Below are positions 56,656-64,000 of a stretch of DNA of 64,000 nt, one piece after another. The notes beneath the pieces were generated by a model, which was not told the DNA's origin, ran no database searches, and was given only the letters and a program-made list of their open reading frames with translations. Both the position numbers and the translations under genes were made by a program. Source of the DNA: Chitinophaga pinensis (GTDB taxonomy: Bacteria > Bacteroidota > Bacteroidia > UKL13-3); the NCBI GenBank assembly GCA_945898275.1, contig CAMDHZ010000011.1:31874-95873 (forward strand). Reading direction: 5' to 3'. Numbering within the stretch: the stretch's first letter is position 1; each line of letters starts with the position of its first letter.

Positions 56656-57915
56656 ATGGCAATAGTTAAACCCTTTGCAGCTTTGCGTCCAAACAAGGAC
56701 AAGGCAAAAGATGTTTCATCGCCACCATTTGATGCGGGAGCCAAGGATTTGGCCTTTCATGAAATCATGAATAATCCGTATTCTTATTTAAATGTAGTAA
56801 AACCTTATTTACATTTTAAAGGAGAAAAAAAGAATCCAGAAAAGCATTTTCCTTCAGGTTTAGCCTTTTTGAAAAAGCTTATTCAAGAAGGAATCATGAT
56901 TAAAGAAGATGCGCCTGCCTTTTATATTTATAGATTAATTAAGGGAAGTCAGGCTTATGCGGGAATAATTGCCGCTGCATCAGTTGATGATTATTTAGAA
57001 AACAGAATCCTAAAACATGAAAACACGCTAACTGAGAAGCAACTTGAAATTGCAGAACACATTAGTTTTTTTAACAACTTAGGTAATCCAGTTTTACTTA
57101 CATATCCAGATGATCAATCCATTGATATGCTAATTGATCAATACATCATGAAGCATGTTCCTGAATATAATTTTATTAGCCAAGACCAAATAAAACATAA
57201 TTTATGGGTAGTAAGTGAGCAAGCTGATATTGAATTATTAGAAACTAGGTTTGCAGGTATTGAAAAGCTATATATTGCTGATGGGCATCATAGGTCTGCT
57301 GGCTCTGCAGAGTTTTGTTTGCAAAAGAGAAAAGGGAACGAAAACTATACTGGATCGGAGAGTTTTAACTTTTTTCCTGTTTGCCTAATTCCATTTAGTC
57401 GTCTCACGATTTTCGAATACCATAGGTTAGTAAAGGATAAGGAAAAAGTTGATGATAACAATTTTCTAGAAAAAATACGGGAATTTTTTAACGCAACTCC
57501 AAGTGGACATTTGCCAGTTCAACCTTTACACAAGAAAGAATTTGGGATTTACTTTCACAACAAAGCTTATTTACTTCAATTAAAACCTGAAATTGAAGCA
57601 AGCTTAAAAGGCACCTTAGATAACCTAGATGTTAGTATTGTTGAACAATATATTTTAAATAATATTTTCGGTATTTTAGATAGCAAAACAGACCATCGCC
57701 TTTCTTTTATGGATGGCGGAAAAGGAATTGGACATTTGCAGGAAGCTGTTGATTCTGGTGAGTTTGACTTGGCTATCACATTATATCCTACAAGTATTGA
57801 AGAAGTAAAAAAGGTTGCGGAAGAAAACCTTATCATGCCGCCTAAATCAACTTGGATTGAACCCAAAATAAGGACTGGTTTAATTGTATTAGACCATTCG
57901 GAAGATAATGAATAG
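56656..57915 (+). CDS. DUF1015-family protein
   Basis: MAIVKPFAALRPNKD... is a typical DUF1015 N-terminus. This family is a conserved serA/serC neighbour. Confidence 0.65.
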   Translation: MAIVKPFAALRPNKDKAKDVSSPPFDAGAKDLAFHEIMNNPYSYLNVVKPYLHFKGEKKNPEKHFPSGLAFLKKLIQEGIMIKEDAPAFYIYRLIKGSQAYAGIIAAASVDDYLENRILKHENTLTEKQLEIAEHISFFNNLGNPVLLTYPDDQSIDMLIDQYIMKHVPEYNFISQDQIKHNLWVVSEQADIELLETRFAGIEKLYIADGHHRSAGSAEFCLQKRKGNENYTGSESFNFFPVCLIPFSRLTIFEYHRLVKDKEKVDDNNFLEKIREFFNATPSGHLPVQPLHKKEFGIYFHNKAYLLQLKPEIEASLKGTLDNLDVSIVEQYILNNIFGILDSKTDHRLSFMDGGKGIGHLQEAVDSGEFDLAITLYPTSIEEVKKVAEENLIMPPKSTWIEPKIRTGLIVLDHSEDNE

Positions 57916-58690
57916 CAAAGAACAAAAATTAGCTGCATTTGGTCGCTTGTTAGACATCATGGACGAACTTCGAGAAAAATGTCCATGGGATAAAAAGCAA
58001 ACTAATGAAACACTTCGACATTTAACTATCGAAGAGACCTATGAATTATCAGATGCCTTGCTTAAAAATGATACCCAAGAAATAAAAAAGGAACTTGGAG
58101 ATGTTATGTTGCATATAGTGTTTTATGCGCGCATTGCAAGCGAACAAAATCACTTTGATATTGCAGATGTTTTAAATGTATTGTGCGAAAAACTCATCGT
58201 TAGACATCCGCATATTTATGGAAATGTAGTTGCAGAAACAGAAGAACAGGTAAAGGAAAATTGGGAACAAATAAAGCTTAAGGAAGGAAATAAATCTGTG
58301 TTAAGTGGAGTTTCCAAAGGCACACCTTCCATTGTAAAGGCTTATCGAATGCAAGAGAAAGCTGCACAAGTGGGTTTCGACTGGAACACAGCAGATCAAG
58401 TTTGGGATAAGGTAGAGGAAGAATTAATTGAACTGAAAAACGAGTTGGTTCAACCCGATAACCAAAAGAAAAGCCAAGAAGAATTTGGTGATTTATTATT
58501 TGCCTTAATCAATCTTGCGCGTAAATCAGGTTTGAACCCAGACGATGCATTAGAATTTACCAACACAAAATTCTTGAATCGATTTATGTTTATTGAGTCT
58601 AGGGCAAAGGATATTGGCAAAAGTTTAACAGAAATGAGCCTCGAGGAAATGGATGAGATTTGGAATGAAGCCAAACTAAACCAACTTTGA
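57908..58690 (+). CDS. mazG: nucleoside triphosphate pyrophosphohydrolase MazG
   Basis: Two MazG EExxE-type repeats (TIEETYELSDAL..., EEELIELKNEL...EEFGDLLFALINLAR). Confidence 0.85.
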   Translation: MNSKEQKLAAFGRLLDIMDELREKCPWDKKQTNETLRHLTIEETYELSDALLKNDTQEIKKELGDVMLHIVFYARIASEQNHFDIADVLNVLCEKLIVRHPHIYGNVVAETEEQVKENWEQIKLKEGNKSVLSGVSKGTPSIVKAYRMQEKAAQVGFDWNTADQVWDKVEEELIELKNELVQPDNQKKSQEEFGDLLFALINLARKSGLNPDDALEFTNTKFLNRFMFIESRAKDIGKSLTEMSLEEMDEIWNEAKLNQL

Positions 58691-58755
58691 GTTTACCCAT
58701 TTTTAAGGGCAAATGAACTTTTGAATGAAATTAGTGTTAATTAAAAAAAGAAATT

Positions 58756-59070
58756 ATGGTAGTCAAAGTTAATGATGTTGAATTCGCAGAAAAATTAAAA
58801 TCAGAAGAAAAACTTATTGTTAAATTTTACGCTGATTGGTGCGGAAGTTGCAGGTTATTTGCACCTAAATTTACAAAGTTAAGTAACAATGAAGCATATA
58901 CTGGAATAACTTTTCTAGATATCAATGCTGAAGAAAACCCAGAAGCTAGAAAGCTTGCAGGGGTAAATAACTTGCCATTTTTTGCTACTTTCAAAAATGG
59001 ACAAATTGTAAAGGCTGATAATACTTCGAAAGAGGAAAATGTTGATGCCATGATTAAAGAATTACTTTAA
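58756..59070 (+). CDS. thioredoxin-family protein with WCGSC active site
   Basis: FYADWCGSCRLFAPKF is a thioredoxin fold with a CGSC motif instead of CGPC. No signal peptide. Confidence 0.75.
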   Translation: MVVKVNDVEFAEKLKSEEKLIVKFYADWCGSCRLFAPKFTKLSNNEAYTGITFLDINAEENPEARKLAGVNNLPFFATFKNGQIVKADNTSKEENVDAMIKELL

Positions 59071-59071
59071 T

Positions 59072-59314
59072 ATGAAATTACCTGTAATAAAAAATTTAGC
59101 AGAAACCCACAACCTTGAAACCTTGAAGCAAGCTGAAGAACTTTTGCTTAATGGTGAAAATTTGCCATTTGAAGTTGGGGGAGAGGATGAAGGCGAACAA
59201 CTCACGCATATTTTGGGGGCAATTGATATTTTGGAAAGAGTGAAAAATGATGGAATTGACCTCAGAACTGCAATTCGTGGCTTTTCTGAACGTGTAAGAA
59301 ACTCAATTTCATAG
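59072..59314 (+). CDS. small acidic hypothetical protein (80 aa)
   Basis: ORF only; follows thioredoxin with a 1-nt gap. Confidence 0.35.
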   Translation: MKLPVIKNLAETHNLETLKQAEELLLNGENLPFEVGGEDEGEQLTHILGAIDILERVKNDGIDLRTAIRGFSERVRNSIS

Positions 59315-59407
59315 TCTTAAAAATGTTGAAATGTTTTATATAAATTTATTAGAAACTGAAACCAATTATACCTCAAAAGGCTATTTTTGCGAGGTTTAAA
59401 GAAGAAT

Positions 59408-59770
59408 ATGTCATCAGCAATTGATTATACAGCTATTTTTATACAATTTATTGTAGCAATGGGCTTTGTGGTTACCACAATGGTGGTTTCTCATATGGCA
59501 GGACCTAAAAGGAAAACTTCTGATAAATTGGCCGTGTTTGAATGTGGTATTGATTCGGAAGGAAATGCGAGAATGCCTTTTTCCATTCGCTATTTTTTAA
59601 CAGCCATTTTGTTTGTAATGTTTGATGTGGAAGTAATTTTTATGTATCCATGGGCTGTTAATTTTAAGGCTTTAGGTCCAATTGGTTTTTATGAAATGCT
59701 ATTATTTACAGGAACTTTGCTATTAGGATTTATTTATATTTGGAAAAAAGGTGCCCTTAAGTGGGAATAA
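59408..59770 (+). CDS. nuoA: NADH-quinone oxidoreductase subunit A
   Basis: Three TM helices and FECGIDSEGNARMPFSIRYFLTAILFVMFDVEVIFMYPWA conserved core. Start at MSSAIDY preferred over the upstream ORF-track ATG. Confidence 0.9.
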   Translation: MSSAIDYTAIFIQFIVAMGFVVTTMVVSHMAGPKRKTSDKLAVFECGIDSEGNARMPFSIRYFLTAILFVMFDVEVIFMYPWAVNFKALGPIGFYEMLLFTGTLLLGFIYIWKKGALKWE

Positions 59771-59792
59771 ACAATAAACAACAAACCGTTAT

Positions 59793-60335
59793 ATGTCAAC
59801 CATACAACTAACTGATGCACCTGCCGGAATTGAAGGGCAAGGCTTTTTTGCCACTAGCTTTGAAAAAGCAGTAGGTTTAGCGAGAGCCAATTCGATTTGG
59901 CCACTACCTTTTGCAACAAGCTGCTGCGGTATTGAATTTATGGCAACCATGGCATCAAATTACGATTTAGCGCGTTTTGGTTCAGAAAGAATCTCTTTCT
60001 CACCACGACAAGCAGATTTGTTAATGGTAATGGGAACTATTGCAAAGAAAATGGGACCGGTTTTAAGACAGGTTTATTTGCAAATGGCTGAACCAAGATG
60101 GGTTATCGCTGTAGGAGCATGTGCTTCTAGCGGTGGTATATTTGATACATACTCCGTATTGCAAGGCATTGATAAGGTTATTCCTGTTGATGTTTACGTT
60201 CCAGGTTGCCCGCCACGTCCAGAACAAATTATTGATGGTATTACTAAAATTCAAGAGTTGGTGAAAAATGAGCCCATCAGAAGAAGAAATTCACCTGAGT
60301 ACAAAGCTTTACTAGCCAGTTATGGTATACAATAA
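59793..60335 (+). CDS. nuoB: NADH-quinone oxidoreductase subunit B
   Basis: CCGIEFMA...GACASSGG...VPGCPP shows the N2 Fe-S cluster cysteine pattern. Confidence 0.95.
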   Translation: MSTIQLTDAPAGIEGQGFFATSFEKAVGLARANSIWPLPFATSCCGIEFMATMASNYDLARFGSERISFSPRQADLLMVMGTIAKKMGPVLRQVYLQMAEPRWVIAVGACASSGGIFDTYSVLQGIDKVIPVDVYVPGCPPRPEQIIDGITKIQELVKNEPIRRRNSPEYKALLASYGIQ

Positions 60336-60841
60336 TGAGCACAATAAGTAACGGATATATCTTAAACGAAATTTCTGAGCAATTTCCTGATTCAGTGATT
60401 GACTCATTAGAATCTTATGGTATGCTAAGTATCGAAGTAAAAGCAAATGATATTATAGCCATACTTAGTTTCCTTAAAACTCATCCTCAAATTCAAATGA
60501 ATTTTTTGACTGATGTATGTGGTATTCATTATCCAGACCAAATCGGCAAAGAATTAGGTGTCGTGTATCATTTACACAGTTTCACCAATAATGTTCGGTT
60601 GAGATTGAAATGTTTTGTTCCTTCCGAAAAGCCAGAAATTCATACTATTACAAGTGTTTTTGAAGCAGCAAATTGGCAAGAACGTGAAACATTTGATTTC
60701 TATGGCATTGAATTCGTGGGCCATCCAAATTTAACACGTATCTTAAATGTGGATGAAATGGATTATTTCCCCCTTAGAAAGGAATATCCTTTAGAAGATC
60801 AAACAAGAACAGATAAAGACGATTCATATTTTGGAAGGTAA
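60335..60841 (+). CDS. nuoC: NADH-quinone oxidoreductase subunit C
   Basis: 30-kDa subunit pattern (ERETFDFYGIEFVGHPNL...). It is separate from nuoD, not fused. Confidence 0.9.
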   Translation: MSTISNGYILNEISEQFPDSVIDSLESYGMLSIEVKANDIIAILSFLKTHPQIQMNFLTDVCGIHYPDQIGKELGVVYHLHSFTNNVRLRLKCFVPSEKPEIHTITSVFEAANWQERETFDFYGIEFVGHPNLTRILNVDEMDYFPLRKEYPLEDQTRTDKDDSYFGR

Positions 60842-60845
60842 ACAC

Positions 60846-62042
60846 ATGGAAAAAATCGAGACTAGCTATGATTATAAACCCGAGTTTACCCAATTAAATC
60901 TCGGTCCTACACATCCTGCTACCCACGGGATATTTCAGAATATCTTGACCATGGATGGAGAGATTATTGTTAATGCAGAACAAACAGTTGGATACATTCA
61001 TCGTGCGTTTGAAAAGATAGCAGAGAAAAGACCCTACTACCAAGTAACCCCGCTAACAGACAGGTTAAATTACTGTTCGTCGCCCATCAATAATATGGGA
61101 TGGCACATGACAGTTGAAAAACTGTTGGGTGTTGAAACACCAAAGCGTGTGGATTACATGCGTATCATCATAATGGAATTAGCGCGTATTGCAGATCATC
61201 TTATATGTAACTCGGTAATCGGAGTGGATGTAGGTGCGCTTACAGGTTTTACTTACGTTTTTCAATGGCGCGAAAAGATTTATGACATTTACGAAGAAAT
61301 CTGTGGTGCTAGGTTAACTACAAATATTGGAAGAATCGGAGGGCTAGAAAGAGATTTTTCTCCAGCATGCCTAAAGAAAATAAAAGAATTTATAGCTGAG
61401 TTTCCTGCTGCTTTAATTGAATTTACCAATTTACTAGAACGCAACAGAATTTTTATGGACAGAACCATTGGAGCTGGACCTATTTCTGTGGATAGGGCTT
61501 TAGCCTATGGCTTTACTGGACCTAACCTGCGTGCAGCAGGATTAGATTATGATGTTAGGGTAATGAATCCTTACAGCAGCTATCAGGATTTTGATTTTGT
61601 TATTCCAATTGGCACCCAAGGCGACACCTATGATAGATTTATGGTTCGTCAACAAGAAATGTGGGAGAGTTTAAAAATTGTTAAACAAGCCTTTGAAAAC
61701 CTTCCAGAAGGTAAGTTTTTTGCCGATGTACCTGATTTCTTCCTGCCTCCTAAAGAAGAAGTTTATCATAACATGGAAGCTTTAATCTTCCATTTTAAAA
61801 TTGTGATGGGAGAAGCTGATGTTCCAGTAGGAGAGGTTTACCATGCAGTGGAAGGTGGTAATGGAGAATTGGGTTATTATTTAGTAAGTGATGGCGGCAG
61901 AGCAGCATATAGGTTACACTTTAGAAGGCCATGTTTTATTTATTATCAGGCATATCCTGAAATGATAAAAGGTTCTACTTTAAGTGATGCCATCGTTACC
62001 ATGAGTAGTATGAATGTAATTGCTGGTGAATTAGATGCTTAA
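60846..62042 (+). CDS. nuoD: NADH-quinone oxidoreductase subunit D
   Basis: 49-kDa subunit motifs (LNLGPTHPATHG...). Start at MEKIETSYDYK preferred. Confidence 0.95.
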   Translation: MEKIETSYDYKPEFTQLNLGPTHPATHGIFQNILTMDGEIIVNAEQTVGYIHRAFEKIAEKRPYYQVTPLTDRLNYCSSPINNMGWHMTVEKLLGVETPKRVDYMRIIIMELARIADHLICNSVIGVDVGALTGFTYVFQWREKIYDIYEEICGARLTTNIGRIGGLERDFSPACLKKIKEFIAEFPAALIEFTNLLERNRIFMDRTIGAGPISVDRALAYGFTGPNLRAAGLDYDVRVMNPYSSYQDFDFVIPIGTQGDTYDRFMVRQQEMWESLKIVKQAFENLPEGKFFADVPDFFLPPKEEVYHNMEALIFHFKIVMGEADVPVGEVYHAVEGGNGELGYYLVSDGGRAAYRLHFRRPCFIYYQAYPEMIKGSTLSDAIVTMSSMNVIAGELDA

Positions 62043-62592
62043 GATTGAACCAATGGAGAACGAAGTAAAATTTAATAGTGAATCGCTTGCAGTTATCGAA
62101 AAGATAGTAGCAAGATACCCTGATGGAAAACATAAATCAGCCTTAATACCTGTCTTACATTTGGCTCAAGCCGAATTTGAAGGATGGTTAAGCCCTGCTG
62201 CCATGGATGAAGTTGCACGTGTGTTGAACCTAAAACCAATTGAAGTATATGAGGTTGCCAGTTTTTATACTATGTTTAACCTTAATCCAGTTGGGAAATG
62301 TTTGATTGAGGTTTGCAGAACTAGCAGTTGCTGGTTAAGAGGTGCAAATGAAATTGTTGAGCACATCGAAAAGAAACTAAATATTAAAGATGGTGAAACT
62401 ACTGCTGATGGAATGTTCTCCTTGAAAACAGTTGAATGCCTTGGTAGTTGCGGCACAGCCCCGATGATGATGATTGGCGCCCAATTTCATGAGAACCTCA
62501 CTTATGAAAAGGTAGATACTATCTTGGATTCTTGTAAAACAGAAAACAAGCGTAAAACTTATTTCGATAACGTAAATATAGAGCATTATTAA
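62035..62592 (+). CDS. nuoE: NADH-quinone oxidoreductase subunit E
   Basis: 24-kDa subunit 2Fe-2S cysteines (CRTSSC...CLGSCGTAP). The true start may be the downstream MENEVKF. Confidence 0.9.
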   Translation: MLKIEPMENEVKFNSESLAVIEKIVARYPDGKHKSALIPVLHLAQAEFEGWLSPAAMDEVARVLNLKPIEVYEVASFYTMFNLNPVGKCLIEVCRTSSCWLRGANEIVEHIEKKLNIKDGETTADGMFSLKTVECLGSCGTAPMMMIGAQFHENLTYEKVDTILDSCKTENKRKTYFDNVNIEHY

Positions 62593-62598
62593 TCTGGT

Positions 62599-63942
62599 AT
62601 GGGAAAGAAGTTATTATTAGCATATGATCACGTTCCTGGTATCAAGGGATTTGAAGTATACCGTGCAAATGGTGGATATAAGTCTGTAGAAAAGGCAGTT
62701 AAAACTATGAGTCCAGATGCAGTCGTAGAAGAAGTTAAAAAGTCTGGCTTAAGAGGTAGAGGTGGGGCAGGTTTTCCTACTGGAATGAAATGGAGCTTTT
62801 TGGCTAAGCCAGAAGGAGTTGCACGTTACTTAGTTTGCAATGCAGACGAATCTGAACCGGGTACTTTTAAAGACAGATATTTAATGTCGCGTATTCCACA
62901 TATTTTGGTGGAAGGCATGATTACCTCTGGGTTTGCATTAGGTGCTACAGCTGGTTATATTTATATTAGAGGAGAATATTTCTATATAGTTTCCATTTTA
63001 GAAAAAGCGATTGAAGAAGCTTATGCCAATGGATTTTTAGGCAAAAATATTTTAGGTTCTGGCTTTAATTATGATCTTTATGTGCATGTAGGCGCTGGTG
63101 CATATATCTGTGGGGAAGAAACAGCCTTATTAGAAAGTTTGGAAGGTAAACGAGGCAATCCAAGAATTAAGCCGCCATTTCCAGCGATTGCAGGTTTGTA
63201 TGGCTGCCCTACAGTGGTAAACAATGTTGAAACAATCGCTGCGGTTGTTCCAATTATCAATGATGGGGGTGAAGCTTATGCTGCAGTGGGTATTGGAAAA
63301 TCAGCTGGAACAAAATTAATATCCGCTTCAGGACACATCAATAAACCGGGTGTGTATGAAATTGAAATGGGAATTACAGTAGAAGATTTCATTTATAGTG
63401 ATGAATATTGTGGAGGAATTAAGAACGGCAAAAAATTGAAGGCAGTTGTAGCTGGAGGTTCTTCTGTTCCTATTCTACCTGCAGATAAAATATTAACTAC
63501 ACCATCTGGCGAAAAACGATTAATGAGTTACGAAAGCCTTGCGGATGGCGGATTTGCAAGCGGTACTATGCTTGGTTCTGGTGGTTTTATAGTAATGGAT
63601 GAAACCGCATCCGTGGTAGAAAACCTGCATACTTTTGCAAGGTTTTACCACCATGAAAGCTGCGGACAATGCAGTCCATGCCGCGAAGGAACAGGTTGGA
63701 TGGAGAAAATTCTGCATAAGATATTAGATGGACATGGAACCATGGAAGACATTGAATTGCTTTGGGAAATTCAGTCTAAAATTGAAGGAAATACCATTTG
63801 TCCATTAGGCGATGCAGCTGCTTGGCCTGTAGCAAGTGCTATCAGACATTTTAGAAGTGAGTTTGAGGAGTATGTTAAAAATTCAAATAATTTAAAAAAA
63901 GTACGTCACTACGATTCTGTAAACCAATTGGTAAGCGCATAA
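62599..63942 (+). CDS. nuoF: NADH-quinone oxidoreductase subunit F
   Basis: 51-kDa subunit with FMN/NADH-binding glycine-rich segments (GLRGRGGAGFPTG) and 4Fe-4S cysteines (ESCGQCSPCREG...ICPLGD). Confidence 0.95.
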   Translation: MGKKLLLAYDHVPGIKGFEVYRANGGYKSVEKAVKTMSPDAVVEEVKKSGLRGRGGAGFPTGMKWSFLAKPEGVARYLVCNADESEPGTFKDRYLMSRIPHILVEGMITSGFALGATAGYIYIRGEYFYIVSILEKAIEEAYANGFLGKNILGSGFNYDLYVHVGAGAYICGEETALLESLEGKRGNPRIKPPFPAIAGLYGCPTVVNNVETIAAVVPIINDGGEAYAAVGIGKSAGTKLISASGHINKPGVYEIEMGITVEDFIYSDEYCGGIKNGKKLKAVVAGGSSVPILPADKILTTPSGEKRLMSYESLADGGFASGTMLGSGGFIVMDETASVVENLHTFARFYHHESCGQCSPCREGTGWMEKILHKILDGHGTMEDIELLWEIQSKIEGNTICPLGDAAAWPVASAIRHFRSEFEEYVKNSNNLKKVRHYDSVNQLVSA

Positions 63943-63954
63943 AATTGATTATAA

Positions 63955-64000
63955 ATGGCTAAAGTAACAATAGACGGAAAAACAATAGAGGTAGCAGATG
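63955..64000 (+). CDS. nuoG: NADH-quinone oxidoreductase subunit G, first 15 codons only (truncated by window end)
   Basis: MAKVTIDGKTIEVAD is a typical NuoG N-terminus; operon position after nuoF. Confidence 0.55.
   Translation, partial: MAKVTIDGKTIEVAD

Noticed and set aside
59371-59398. Imperfect hairpin CCTCAAAAGG...TTTTTGCGAGG upstream of nuoA
   Set aside because: The stem is interrupted, and it overlaps the alternative upstream ATG of nuoA. It is too weak to call a terminator or attenuator without transcript data.
1-64000. CRISPR arrays, transposases, integrases, prophage or toxin-antitoxin modules
   Set aside because: I scanned for regularly spaced direct repeats and for recombinase, transposase or phage-structural motifs and found none. 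The only dispersed repeat is the short GGTTYRAACC motif, which is not spacer-separated.

Overview
This 64-kb window is low-GC (about 35%) chromosomal DNA from a Bacteroidota-type genome. The evidence for that placement is a bifunctional lpxC-fabZ gene, several secreted proteins carrying T9SS C-terminal sorting domains, a PorX-like REC-PglZ response regulator, TAnnTTTG-type promoter boxes and no Shine-Dalgarno sequences. It is mostly core housekeeping genes. The identifiable units are:
- thrS-infC-rpmI-rplT.
- A 2256-aa T9SS-secreted adhesin with SprB repeats, PKD domains and an SdrD-like domain.
- A variant System I cytochrome c maturation cluster ccmC-(ccmD)-ccmE-ccmF, with a probable orphan ccmA elsewhere in the window.
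- A PorX-like response regulator, a PAS histidine kinase and an M48 lipoprotein peptidase.
- The lipid A genes lpxD, lpxC/fabZ, lpxA and lpxB.
- An uncharacterised GCS2 ligase / GATase1 / 396-aa trio translationally coupled to lpxB.
- sbcCD, ung, dapD, a TonB-dependent receptor and recN.
- A surface-glycan or lipid-modification cluster: a frameshifted GT2, a GT-C-like membrane protein and two methyltransferases.
- tRNA-Ser(TGA), an M43 T9SS protease, serC-serA-DUF1015-mazG, a thioredoxin and the start of the nuo operon (nuoA through the first codons of nuoG).
I found no CRISPR array, transposase, integrase or phage genes.
The most unusual signal is at sequence level. A near-palindromic decamer GGTT(YR)AACC, often extended to TTGGTTYRAACCAA, occurs at least 16 times exactly, plus many 8-9-mer variants. 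It is on both strands and in all reading frames and intergenic regions, where fewer than 1 is expected. It is absent from the giant adhesin gene.
Other notable points are the homopolymer frameshift in the GT2 (possible phase variation), the CxxxY heme-binding variant of CcmE, and infC lacking an ATG start.
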